This document shows, one piece after another, positions 36,499 to 46,267 of a stretch of 64,000 nt of DNA. The position numbers were made by a program, and so were the translations under genes. Position 1 is the stretch's first letter. Every line of letters begins with the position of its first letter. This stretch comes from a virus. Location: the IMG/VR virus record IMGVR_UViG_3300028829_004140, positions 8,742 through 72,741 of that record; one strand, written 5' to 3'. Below the pieces are notes generated by a model. It saw nothing but the letters and a program-made list of their open reading frames with translations, was not told the origin of the DNA and searched no databases.

Positions 36499-37271
36499 TA
36501 CTTACCAGTAATTATTTTTGCGTTTTGTTGAAAAATTTCCGTAGTCATTTTCATAGATTGATTTCTTCCATGTTGGTTAGCGATGGCTAAACACTCTGGC
36601 ACATGGGTAATCATACAAACCTTAGACAGTCTAAGCCATAAGTCATAGTCTTCTGTGCAACCTATAAAGCCTTTACTAGCAGGACCGTGGAGTTCGGATC
36701 TATAAATCTCTCCATTAGGCATCCTTACTGCATCTAAGTATTCTTTTTTAATCAATGCGTTACTATGCACCATGCAATGCTGCCGCAAACCAGCCCTACT
36801 GTAAGAATCTTTGAACTCAAGCTTGGAATAATCCGGGAATACATTTTCGTAGTCTGCGTATGCCACTCCTACTTCTTCGTGTTCGACAAGTTTGGCTACC
36901 AGCTTTTCAACCTTCTCTGGGTAGTAAGCGTCATCAGCATCTAGTACACCAATAATATCGGCCCAGTCCCAGCACATATCAATCGCTACATTACGGGCGA
37001 CACTAGCACCAGAGTTTTCAATTCTTTTCCTAAAAAGGACACTATCTGTAACTTCCTCGATAGTGTCCACCATTGGATTTCCGAATGGGTCTTTATCTTG
37101 AAAAAATCTCGTCCTTAAAATCTTTTCCCAAGAATCGTCAGATGATCCATCGTCTACAACATACAAACGAAGCTCCCCTTTGTATGTTTGACCTATAATA
37201 CTTTCTATGGCAGGAATAATGTAGTCCCCATAGTTATAATTCGCACAAATAATAGCAACTTTAGGCAGCAT
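36498..37271 (-). CDS. Glycosyltransferase GT2
   Basis: NYNYGDYI..AIESI..QTY, VVDDGSSD.S, NSGASVARN, LDADD and EDYDLWLR motifs. Start placed at MLPKVAII, after GGAGGAG. Confidence 0.9.
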   Translation of the reverse strand: MLPKVAIICANYNYGDYIIPAIESIIGQTYKGELRLYVVDDGSSDDSWEKILRTRFFQDKDPFGNPMVDTIEEVTDSVLFRKRIENSGASVARNVAIDMCWDWADIIGVLDADDAYYPEKVEKLVAKLVEHEEVGVAYADYENVFPDYSKLEFKDSYSRAGLRQHCMVHSNALIKKEYLDAVRMPNGEIYRSELHGPASKGFIGCTEDYDLWLRLSKVCMITHVPECLAIANQHGRNQSMKMTTEIFQQNAKIITGK

Positions 37272-38093
37272 AAAACTCCTCCCAAGTGTAAACAGTTTTT
37301 GTGCCGCCCCTTTTCTCGGCTGCAAGAACCTTATTCAAGAAAAGAAGGATCGAGTATCAACCATATCATCTTTGAAAACTTTTGCGCTATTTCCGTTTAA
37401 AAATTTAAACAGGAAGGCGGGAAATGTAAATCCCGAGAAAGGACTATCTGACTTCGGTAGTAGCATAACAATCTGCTTCATTTCTACGTTAACAAAATTA
37501 TGGATTTTATTTAAGAAATTGTCAGGAACTTCGTCACCTGAAGTTAGACATTGTACCCATCCATTTTGAAAATGAGTAAAAGTAGCGTCGATTATGGTAG
37601 ATAAGTTCTTATGAGCTTGGTTTAATTGAACAATGTGATATTTGGTTACAGGGTCTTCTCCAAAGTAAGAAATAAACTTACCCCAAATATCTTCATTGTA
37701 TTCAACCTTTTCCGTCACCACAATAATATATGGATGTTCTTTTCCGGTTGGTGTTTTTATTTTTTTAATTGAAGCTAAGGTTTTATCAAGATCTTCAATT
37801 TCGTCACCCTTTGTATGATCTAATTTGATTATAAAACCTACTCTTGGAGCCACTTCTTTCATTGCGACTTCTTTAATATTCAGCCTGTCTTCGAATTCAA
37901 GATTGGAAATCCATTCTTCTGGACGGTAAGTATTGCAGAATCTTTCTAATGTAAAGGTTGTTTCGTCGGAAAGAGTTGAAAATCCTAGTTTTTCATGCCT
38001 TGCTAAATCGCAATCGACCTGCTTACCTCCCTCAAGCTTTGAGAAAACGCATCCTTCACATTTTGTTACTGGAGTTAATGATTCTGCCGACAT
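37261..38093 (-). CDS. Cys-rich N-terminus + degenerate GT-A-like protein; appears frameshifted near its 3' end
   Basis: The ORF stops at 37335. Removing one AAGAA copy (37337-37346) extends it to FLNKVLAAEKRGGTKTVYTWEEFYAA*, which overlaps the next start. Confidence 0.5.
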
Positions 38094-38488
38094 TAATTTG
38101 CCCTCTTTATTTTAAGTTGGAATTGACTCCCGTTTTGAATAAACATACGGGTCAAGGTTGTGAAATTATTAGGAATCAGTGTTTCAAGATATTCTAAAGA
38201 CAAAAAAGAATTAATTCTATTTCCATAAAGGTTAACATTAGGAATATGTACTTGCGAAGGATTGGAACGAAGAGAATTAACATATTTACCGAAGTTAAAA
38301 ACGTCTAACTCCTGAAAACATATAGTGCCACCAATTCTTATCTTGGAAAGTAGAGTTTCAACAACCTTTGAAACTTCTTCTTCTTTGAATTGACACAGAA
38401 ACCAATCGCAGTTTATCTCTGTAACAGGATTATCTTGAATGTTAAAAACACTCATTCCGCTACTGGCGTTATTTAGTTCTATCTTCAT
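38093..38488 (-). CDS. Small methyltransferase-like (degenerate) protein
   Basis: LLSKIRIGGTICFQELD resembles the 'L+pGG.l.i..pD' motif of class I methyltransferases. Confidence 0.35.
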   Translation of the reverse strand: MKIELNNASSGMSVFNIQDNPVTEINCDWFLCQFKEEEVSKVVETLLSKIRIGGTICFQELDVFNFGKYVNSLRSNPSQVHIPNVNLYGNRINSFLSLEYLETLIPNNFTTLTRMFIQNGSQFQLKIKRAN

Positions 38489-39528
38489 CTAAATTCTCCA
38501 ACGGTTTTGTAAAGTAATTTGCTCCAACTCTGTACAAATCTGTCAAGACTATATCTTTCTTCAATTGTTTTGCGTCCAGCCTCACCGATTTTGCGAGCGA
38601 GTTCTGGTTTATCTAACAACTCCCTACACCAGAATTTCATATCCGATGCGTTATCGGCTATGATTCCGTTTACACCGTGTTCAATGATTTCTGGAATCAT
38701 ACACGTCCCTGTTGTTACAACAGGACAACCACACGCCATAGCTTCCATCATTACCGATGGCACGGGCGAGTGAAGCGATGTGTTTAAGAACACGGCAGCG
38801 GTTTGATAGATATCTCTTAGATGCTCCCTGCATTGAGCGGGTTGGGAAAATCCGGCATGTTCCCCTGTGCATTTTCCTACTACTCGATAAGGAGCAATAG
38901 GGCTGGATGCCACTTCTTTCCATAAGCTAAAGCCGCAACACCAATCTCTTGAAGGAAACTCATTAACAACCGATAAGCAATAAAGTTCTCTCGATGTATT
39001 ACTAGCTCCCCAACCCTGATTCCAAAACTCTGTATCAACACCATGCTCTACTACACTACTATTATCTGCTGAAAAACCCCAAGTGTCACGATTAAACTCG
39101 GAAATAAAGGAATTGCTGGAAACAGGAATTTCGCCATATCCCTTTATTTGCTGTTGAACATCACCTCTGACATCTGGCAAAACATGGCAATGTCTAAGGA
39201 TCGGTATTGCTGTTTTATTAGCTTGTCCCCTTGTCTCACTAAGGAGGTCATGAGCGACCTGTAGACGGTTGCAAGAGGTATGGCTTAGTACAATGTCTAT
39301 ATCTAGGTAGTCGGGCAGAGAGTCGATTATGTGGTAGTTCTCTGGAACCGGTGCATATGTAGTGTCCCACTCCTTGCCAACTCTTAGAGAGTAAAAGTTG
39401 TGTCCAGTTTTACATAGATTTTCTTCGTATCGCTCATGTGTGGCAAAAGTTAATATGTTCAGCTTCCGGTCTGATGTGGGCCGGTTCATAATTAACTTAA
39501 CCGATTTAGCCGACGCTCTAGCTGTCAT
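38485..39528 (-). CDS. Glycosyltransferase GT4 (GT-B)
   Basis: VEHGVDTEFW, VFLNTS..SPVPSVMMEAMACGCPVVTT, EIIEHGVNG and GEAGRKTI motifs. Confidence 0.9.
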   Translation of the reverse strand: MTARASAKSVKLIMNRPTSDRKLNILTFATHERYEENLCKTGHNFYSLRVGKEWDTTYAPVPENYHIIDSLPDYLDIDIVLSHTSCNRLQVAHDLLSETRGQANKTAIPILRHCHVLPDVRGDVQQQIKGYGEIPVSSNSFISEFNRDTWGFSADNSSVVEHGVDTEFWNQGWGASNTSRELYCLSVVNEFPSRDWCCGFSLWKEVASSPIAPYRVVGKCTGEHAGFSQPAQCREHLRDIYQTAAVFLNTSLHSPVPSVMMEAMACGCPVVTTGTCMIPEIIEHGVNGIIADNASDMKFWCRELLDKPELARKIGEAGRKTIEERYSLDRFVQSWSKLLYKTVGEFR

Positions 39529-40603
39529 TTAATAGCCCTTTCATTTCTAATCCTACGGTTTTGTGGAAATATCCATTGGCAGCAGTCTTGCACTGGTTTG
39601 CAACATCTTGTTTTATTTCTGGAACTACTAATGTTTCATACATTTTTCGCATTGCTTTAGAAAGTTCCACTATGTCAATATCTTTCCAAGTTGATGCGGA
39701 TGTATCAATGTCTGGAAGGGATTCTACTGCACCAAAACAAGGAACGTCTCTAGATGGCACCGGAATACCAATAACCTGATCCATGCCGATTCCTTCGGTC
39801 CATATGCTGGGAATACCCATAAACAAAACCTCAAGCGAAGGAATACAAAAAGACTCTCCACGACTTGGCATAACAAAACAGTCTATCTGACTAAGAATGT
39901 CAATGTATTCTTTTTGCGGCACTGATCCCGAAATTATGACCTCTTCTGAAAAATCTTTTGATAGCTTGAGTCCTTTTCTGATGTGGTTGCAATATTCTTG
40001 TACATCTTTTACGGATTTTTTTGAAGTTTTAATAAAAAGTCTTACACTATCTCTCCCGTCAAAAGTCATATGAAAAGCTCTGACAAAAGCTTGGATGTTT
40101 TTTCTTTCAATAAATTCACCCACAAACCCAAATACAAAGTTGTCTTTCATCTCTTGTATCGCAACTTGACCACTGGGTTTATATTGAGTAGGGTTTAGAG
40201 AATATTTGGCGAGTCTTACTGGAACCTTAACATTGCTTTCTAGGCAGATTTTACGAGTTACTTCATTAGGAACCCAAATCTCGTCCATCATGTTACAATT
40301 TCTTGCCCAGTCAGTTTGATTAAAGTTAGAGGATTCAGCGCAAAGAACTCCAATATTTTTATCAAATTTACTGTTGTAACAGTAATTGCTAGGAAGTGTA
40401 TGTTGAATAACTATATTACAACCCGTTTGTTCCTTCTTCTCTAGGCTTTGCACGATCTCATTTTGAACCCTGTCTTCCGCTTCGTATGTAATAGCCCTCG
40501 GAACAACATCTACTCCGGCAGTGTTAAGTGCAAGTATATTGTTTAGCGCGGCGTTACCCCAGCCAGTTCCGTCTTTGTAGTGACCTATGTATAATACTTT
40601 CAT
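39518..40603 (-). CDS. Glycosyltransferase GT4 (GT-B)
   Basis: DEIWVPN, FGFVGEFIERKNI and DCFVMPSRGESFCIPSLE motifs. Confidence 0.88.
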   Translation of the reverse strand: MKVLYIGHYKDGTGWGNAALNNILALNTAGVDVVPRAITYEAEDRVQNEIVQSLEKKEQTGCNIVIQHTLPSNYCYNSKFDKNIGVLCAESSNFNQTDWARNCNMMDEIWVPNEVTRKICLESNVKVPVRLAKYSLNPTQYKPSGQVAIQEMKDNFVFGFVGEFIERKNIQAFVRAFHMTFDGRDSVRLFIKTSKKSVKDVQEYCNHIRKGLKLSKDFSEEVIISGSVPQKEYIDILSQIDCFVMPSRGESFCIPSLEVLFMGIPSIWTEGIGMDQVIGIPVPSRDVPCFGAVESLPDIDTSASTWKDIDIVELSKAMRKMYETLVVPEIKQDVANQCKTAANGYFHKTVGLEMKGLLNDS

Positions 40604-41241
40604 TATTCTAGCTTTTTAAATATCTCATGAAAAGTTATGTTATCTTCTGCTAAATGTCCCCACTCTTTAAAGAGTTCGTCATTTACATACCAGTCTTCTA
40701 TTTTTTCATCCTCTCTTAATCCGACATTACCAAACAATATCTTGTATCCAAGGTCTTGAAATTTTTCTCTAGAGTAGTCCTTGTCCCCATCGTAAAACCC
40801 TTTAAAGTTTGGATTTCCTTCGGTGCTAAAGTTATGTTCATACGTCATAATCTTAAATGAATATTTGTTAAAATCGAACTCGTCTAATACTTTGCGTTGT
40901 GCCATGTCTACGTCAAAGGAAAGATAATCGAAGTGTTCTGGACAATCCCTTTCCGCAAGAACATCATTAATATTATGCTCCATAAGGTCGACACAATGCA
41001 AGCTCTTTCTATATTTAGAAGCGGAATCGTAATAAGTTTTGTCATAATCTAGCGCTATTCCCTGCCACTTAAAAACACTTTCCAAGGTCCAAGTATTACT
41101 CATAGAAGACCAGTGAGAGTATCTTAGATCTAAATCGCTAGTTCCACAACCTATGTCTACAAAAAATCCCGGTTTGAATCTTGTTATCTTTGAAACAAAT
41201 AAATCTTGACCAAACTGGCTGTAGAAATTAATTCGTTCCAT
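40603..41241 (-). CDS. FkbM-like methyltransferase
   Basis: YSQFGQD, FFVDIG, SNTWTLE..W.GI, DYLSFDVD, TYEHN and EDWYV motifs. Confidence 0.75.
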   Translation of the reverse strand: MERINFYSQFGQDLFVSKITRFKPGFFVDIGCGTSDLDLRYSHWSSMSNTWTLESVFKWQGIALDYDKTYYDSASKYRKSLHCVDLMEHNINDVLAERDCPEHFDYLSFDVDMAQRKVLDEFDFNKYSFKIMTYEHNFSTEGNPNFKGFYDGDKDYSREKFQDLGYKILFGNVGLREDEKIEDWYVNDELFKEWGHLAEDNITFHEIFKKLE

Positions 41242-41851
41242 TTATGTTCTCCATATAAAGCATACCGCTTCCAAATTCAGGCAACTTTTCATAGTCGATA
41301 CCCTTTTCGTCTAAATACTTAATAAGATCAAGTGCTTTGGTTGGAACATCGTCTACCAAAACCGAGACAGTATCACCCTCGGAACTTTTGGCAATTTTTT
41401 CTACAGCAATGAACTGATTTAATGTTTGCACATGTGCGTCAGGTGTTTGTGAAATGTCTGCACCATCCAAATAATAAACGCCGCAGCGTGATACTTGTTG
41501 CAGGCTATCTAAGCCATCTCCGATTCTTAAATTAACCCTGTGGCTCAAGGAATTAGCTAAAAAAAATGAGTTTGCTATATGGTCAACATTAATGTCCGCA
41601 ACATAATATTCACCGCCAAATTTTTTGGTATAAGATCCAAACCAAATATCGCTCCAGCCAGAACCCATTCTAAACTTGTCTTCAAAAGTTTCTATAGCAC
41701 CTATCTGAAAAATATCAACAGGTTTTCCCTTGAATCTATCTAACGCTCTTTTAAAAAGACTGTCTCTAAATGGCGGTGGAATTACTTTAAGGTTATCCCA
41801 AGTTACCTCATTTTGCATGTACTGAATAATCGCACTATTTTGCATTTGCAT
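41228..41851 (-). CDS. Putative class I SAM methyltransferase-like protein
   Basis: IFQIG, D (end of strand 2), GDGL..L, YYLDG.D...H and VLVDD motifs, similar to Methyltransf_24-type proteins. Confidence 0.5.
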   Translation of the reverse strand: MQMQNSAIIQYMQNEVTWDNLKVIPPPFRDSLFKRALDRFKGKPVDIFQIGAIETFEDKFRMGSGWSDIWFGSYTKKFGGEYYVADINVDHIANSFFLANSLSHRVNLRIGDGLDSLQQVSRCGVYYLDGADISQTPDAHVQTLNQFIAVEKIAKSSEGDTVSVLVDDVPTKALDLIKYLDEKGIDYEKLPEFGSGMLYMENINGTN

Positions 41852-43490
41852 TAATTTGTCCTCTTTGTCTTTCTAATTCGTTCCAATTTTGCCTCATGTT
41901 TGTTAGATCTCTTACAACGCCTTCCATGTTATAAGGTTGATACTTATTTTGCGAAGGAAGGTGGGATTCGTTGAAATAATAGTCATCTTCCGAGGGATTC
42001 ACCCTGTATCCGAATGTGACATCTTTTATAACTTTAGACCAAAACCAGCCCCCAATCCATTCGGGCTTGTGTAAAACATATTTAAATAGGTAACTTACCT
42101 GTTCTTCGGTTGAAACAATATTGTTAGGCATTGAAGTTGCTGGTTTAAGCACTTTTATTGGAGACATGTATGTTTTAGACCAGTCTTTTATCGGAATTGT
42201 TTTTAAATGCTCTATCCATACCTGAGCAGTTTTATCCCAGTCGTAGTGATTTCTGGATTTACTGTATATAGACTCTCCATTGTGTCCGTCATATTTTGTT
42301 TTATCACGTTTATTTTTATATGCATCTGCTATAACTTTAACCAACAAATCGTTATCGGCAATGGCTCTATAGCAACCCGTTTCACACTCCATAGAAAGTG
42401 CCAAAGGGTTCATCGCAATTCCTCCGATATTTTTCATAACTGAGTTCATGGCAGAGTAATTAATGGCGGCCACAGGAACGCCACAAAACGCCGCTTCTAA
42501 CTGAGGCATACCAAATCCTTCGCTATTAGCGTACTGAACATACAAATCAAATGTGTTGTATATTTTGCTTAGTTCTGCGCCATCAACGGAGTTGTTTACG
42601 CCTATGAGTTTTTTCTTAAACTGTTTACATTTTCCGCAGTGACACATGGAGTCTCTGTAAAAGTCCATAGATACATCGCCGCAGTTTTTACACTTGTAAC
42701 CGAAAAGGACTCTGTTTTCTAGTCCGAACCTGTTAAGAAGTTCAGGGATTTCCCATCCGATGTCGGGATAAAAAACGTGACAGTAAAGGTAGGCTTCTGG
42801 GGTTTTGTTTTCGTCTAAGTATTGACGGAAGGCTTTAAACAAGTCTGGGTATAATTTTCTTCTTTGGTTTCTCATAACCGTTCCTACAAGAAATACACTT
42901 GAATCAAGTCCCATATCATCCTTGTGTTTATTCTTATCTGGAACCTTGTCAAATATTTCCTTGTTTGCACATGGAGGAGCTATTCCGACAAAGTTAATAG
43001 AATCACTTTGCCTAAGAAGTGTATCCCTACCAAATTCAGAGTAGCTCAAAACAGAATCCGCAGAAGCGAACGTATTTATCCACATAGGATTTTGTGGAAA
43101 TGCGTCTACCGTTGGCATAATTGCCCAATGAAAAAAGTCTCTGTATGGCGACCTCTGCTGGAATTCAAACATCCACCAGTCTCTAATATCCATAACAATA
43201 TCAGGCTTAAAGTCTATCAATACACTGTTGAAAGTGTTTTCCCCAAAAATTCTAGACGGACTACTTATGTATGATTGAAAGTCTTCGTCGGAATCAAGAG
43301 GTCGATTTGGATATACTTTCCAAGGAGAGTTGGCAATTCTTATGTCTTTTCTGTCAACATGAGTAGCCAGCTCCGCAACTTGAAATTCTTCTACCTTGTT
43401 TAATCTTGATAGAATCTCTTTACCGTAAACAGAGTATCCGGTTCCTTGCCAATGGGCTTCATTGACCCAAAGTATTCTTTTTTTTCTCAT
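41835..43490 (-). CDS. Glycosyltransferase GT4 (GT-B) with a zinc-finger insertion
   Basis: TGYSVY, VGTVMRNQRRK, YNTFDLYVQYANSEGFGMPQLEAAFCGVP, and an inserted CKNC...CHCGKC. Confidence 0.85.
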   Translation of the reverse strand: MRKKRILWVNEAHWQGTGYSVYGKEILSRLNKVEEFQVAELATHVDRKDIRIANSPWKVYPNRPLDSDEDFQSYISSPSRIFGENTFNSVLIDFKPDIVMDIRDWWMFEFQQRSPYRDFFHWAIMPTVDAFPQNPMWINTFASADSVLSYSEFGRDTLLRQSDSINFVGIAPPCANKEIFDKVPDKNKHKDDMGLDSSVFLVGTVMRNQRRKLYPDLFKAFRQYLDENKTPEAYLYCHVFYPDIGWEIPELLNRFGLENRVLFGYKCKNCGDVSMDFYRDSMCHCGKCKQFKKKLIGVNNSVDGAELSKIYNTFDLYVQYANSEGFGMPQLEAAFCGVPVAAINYSAMNSVMKNIGGIAMNPLALSMECETGCYRAIADNDLLVKVIADAYKNKRDKTKYDGHNGESIYSKSRNHYDWDKTAQVWIEHLKTIPIKDWSKTYMSPIKVLKPATSMPNNIVSTEEQVSYLFKYVLHKPEWIGGWFWSKVIKDVTFGYRVNPSEDDYYFNESHLPSQNKYQPYNMEGVVRDLTNMRQNWNELERQRGQINANAK

Positions 43491-43810
43491 TGAACAATAA
43501 TCTTAAAAGAGGAAACTCTGAAATATGTAGTAAGCGATACTTCGCTGGAATCATCCTGCTGCCAAGATTCTTCGTTTCGGGCACTGGATTCTACAGCCAT
43601 TATAGACCCTGTTTTGGCATATTTATTAATCGCTAGAGCAGCAGAGTCCCAAGCTTCGAAGGCAAGATATGTGAAATTTTTTACCTTTTCTCCGTTTGAG
43701 TCTTTTCTAAACTCTTCTATTTCTAAATCAAAGTTGACACATGACACACCGTTTACATTTACCAACTCTGGACCGTGTGATATTTTGCCCAAAAACATAC
43801 ATTTGTTCAC
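43487..43810 (-). CDS. ssb: Single-stranded DNA-binding protein (OB fold)
   Basis: MNKCMFLG....PEL, F.L, EAWDSAA..I.KY..G...VE motifs. No acidic C-terminal tail. Confidence 0.75.
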   Translation of the reverse strand: MNKCMFLGKISHGPELVNVNGVSCVNFDLEIEEFRKDSNGEKVKNFTYLAFEAWDSAALAINKYAKTGSIMAVESSARNEESWQQDDSSEVSLTTYFRVSSFKIIVQ

Positions 43811-43822
43811 ATTTATTCCTTA

Positions 43823-45400
43823 TCAAATCTGTGTTGCTTTATTAACAATGAACGAACCTTTACTAACTTCGCCATGCAATAATACTGTATTACCCTCAAT
43901 TAAAACGTCTTTGTTTTCTTTATAACAGTCTGGAAAGATTACAACATCTTCTAGATCGCCGGAACCATCTTCTACGCTAAGAAAAGCCATTTCTTGTCCG
44001 GGGTTCTTTCCGTTTTTAGTTTGTACAATTTTCATACGAGATATTTCAACAGCAAGAATTACTTTACCTGTTATCACACCTTTTGCCACATCTTGACACA
44101 TATTTGTTGAATTAATTATATCTAATCCGTCAACTTTGCTACAAGTAAGTGGTGATGCAAGAAATTTTTCTTCGTCTATCGCAACAGTAAGTGCATTGTC
44201 ATTTATGTCATAAAATGGATTGTCTAAGGAGTCTTTTATATCTTTAACGGTTTCCATTCTCTTTGCATTAATCTTTAATCCTCTACCCTCGATTAAATGG
44301 CCTATCGCCTGAGAAAGATCCTTTGCGAATACAGACGGTTCGCCTGATTTGTAATTGGAAACAATAGTTTTTCGCTCTCTTTCAGTCAACTTTTTCCAAG
44401 AGTCAAACTCATAAAGCATTTTTTGTCGAGAGTTTAAGTTATTCCTACCGTTAAATCCCCCTACAGAAATCAATGCGATTGTGGACCTTTTGTTTAATCG
44501 AAGATCGTTAATGATAAAAAAAAGACAATCTAACCAGCTAAAATCTTGGATTTCCCTGTCTTTCATAAAATCCATAATCTTCTTGGTTTCTATGCTGCCT
44601 ACGTTTTTAACATGGTTAATTCCGTAGTATATAACGTTTTTCTTTTTATCTCTAGAAAAATCCGCAACTAAATGTTGCAGTCTAGGTGGAAGCACTTCGA
44701 TGTTTGCCTTCTTGGCGTCATTTATTAGTTGTTTTTTTTCTTCGTCTGGATAAGGTTTTCTATTCGCTCTATTTAAATAAGTATTGTAGAATTTATTTCT
44801 ACGATGAAACTTACAATAGGCAGACCAGTAAGCTAGGTATGCATAAGAGACTGCGTGAGATTTATTGAAAGCGTACCTACTAGACTTTTCGATCCATGAG
44901 AATATTTCTTCCGCGACACCAAGACTTATTTCACCTTTTTTTTCTACGCCATCCATAAACTCCTTCTTAACAGATGCCATAACATCTGCCTTCTTCTTTC
45001 CGATAGCCTTGCGTAGCGAATCAGCTTGTACTCCGTTAAAGCCTGCTAGTTTTTGAACGATAGCCATAGACTGTTCTTGGTAAACAAGAACGCCATATGT
45101 TTCTCTTAGGATAGGCTCTAGTGACTCATGTAGGTACTCGACAGGAGCATCGCTTTTTCCAGCTTTTCTATCTGCATAGACCTGTGTCATGCTTTTTCCG
45201 TTGGCATCTTTCGCCATAAGAGTTCCGGGTCGAATAAGACTGATAAGTGCCGCAAGATCTTTTCTATTTCTAGGCTTTGTCTCTTTTGCCCAATGTCTAC
45301 CCAAATGTGATTCTAGCTGGAAGACGCCTTTTGTATCACCTTCGCATAGCAAGTCCCAAACATTTTCATCGTCAAAATCGTTAATGTCAAAATTAGTCAT
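43823..45400 (-). CDS. dnaE: DNA polymerase III alpha subunit, C-terminal half
   Basis: GDTKGVFQLES, LIRPG, ETYGVLVYQEQ, ADSLRKAIGKKK, YAFNKSHAVSY and an OB-fold MAFLSVEDGSG. Confidence 0.93.
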   Translation of the reverse strand: MTNFDINDFDDENVWDLLCEGDTKGVFQLESHLGRHWAKETKPRNRKDLAALISLIRPGTLMAKDANGKSMTQVYADRKAGKSDAPVEYLHESLEPILRETYGVLVYQEQSMAIVQKLAGFNGVQADSLRKAIGKKKADVMASVKKEFMDGVEKKGEISLGVAEEIFSWIEKSSRYAFNKSHAVSYAYLAYWSAYCKFHRRNKFYNTYLNRANRKPYPDEEKKQLINDAKKANIEVLPPRLQHLVADFSRDKKKNVIYYGINHVKNVGSIETKKIMDFMKDREIQDFSWLDCLFFIINDLRLNKRSTIALISVGGFNGRNNLNSRQKMLYEFDSWKKLTERERKTIVSNYKSGEPSVFAKDLSQAIGHLIEGRGLKINAKRMETVKDIKDSLDNPFYDINDNALTVAIDEEKFLASPLTCSKVDGLDIINSTNMCQDVAKGVITGKVILAVEISRMKIVQTKNGKNPGQEMAFLSVEDGSGDLEDVVIFPDCYKENKDVLIEGNTVLLHGEVSKGSFIVNKATQI

Positions 45401-45533
45401 CTTTTTTACTTTCTTTCAACTCTTGTTGAATTCTCTTTTGTTCTTTGTAAAAATCTTCTAGTTCTTCAATATTTATCATGAAAAAATTTCCATGAACATC
45501 GTTAACTCTGATGGTTTTTTTGTTATCTGACAT
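45393..45533 (-). CDS. Small 46-aa ORF (not in the ORF track)
   Basis: MSDNKKTIRVNDVHGNFFMINIEELEDFYKEQKRIQQELKESKKDD*. It overlaps the exonuclease stop and the dnaE-C start, filling the gap exactly. Confidence 0.55.
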   Translation of the reverse strand: MSDNKKTIRVNDVHGNFFMINIEELEDFYKEQKRIQQELKESKKDD

Positions 45534-46212
45534 ACAAATCTCCAGAACCAAAGGCTTTTTCAAAAGTTATTTTCTTGGACAGGTTTCTCTGCATTTTTAA
45601 GAATTTGATAAGAATATTGGCCGTATCTTTAACGTCTTGCAAAGCATCGTGAGCGTTGTCTTTCGGTAGACCAAAATAATCTCGCATGTAATCCATACTA
45701 TATCCTTTGCAGTCTGTGTTGTTTTCAAACCAGCAATATATATGCTGCATTAGATCCATTGTAAAGATCGGATTAAAAAGTGTCTGTTGGTTCTTTTTTT
45801 CATTCCAAGGTCCATACTCTTTGCACATTCTATTCACAATTGGCATATCGTAACCATTGATATTGAAACCCGCAGCTATTGGAGCAGTCCAGCTAGTACC
45901 CTTCCAGTTAAACTTGTCGCAAAACTTGTCAAACTTGTTCCAGACGGTTTTTGGTTTTGGTCCCTTGCTGATTTCTTCTCTTGTTTTCCTAGTTACCTCT
46001 AAAGCCTTTTCCTCTATTGGATCAAAGCCCGCCTCTACAGCTTTTTCGTCGTCAACAATGCAGCGAATCTTACTTTCAAAAACTCCTCCCGGCTGTAGTT
46101 CTAACTTTCTAGCGTGAATAGCTACTGCGGCGATTTGAGTTGGTTGGCACTTGTATGGATTTTGACCAGTGGTTTCAAAGTCAAATACGATAATATCTCT
46201 GTAATTAGCCAT
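45523..46212 (-). CDS. DEDDh 3'-5' exonuclease (DnaQ-like)
   Basis: VFDFETTG, AGFNINGYD and AHDALQDV motifs. Confidence 0.9.
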   Translation of the reverse strand: MANYRDIIVFDFETTGQNPYKCQPTQIAAVAIHARKLELQPGGVFESKIRCIVDDEKAVEAGFDPIEEKALEVTRKTREEISKGPKPKTVWNKFDKFCDKFNWKGTSWTAPIAAGFNINGYDMPIVNRMCKEYGPWNEKKNQQTLFNPIFTMDLMQHIYCWFENNTDCKGYSMDYMRDYFGLPKDNAHDALQDVKDTANILIKFLKMQRNLSKKITFEKAFGSGDLYVR

Positions 46213-46267
46213 CTTTTCCTCGTTATTATGATTTAGCTTCTACGATTTCTTAAATTAATGATTGTTT

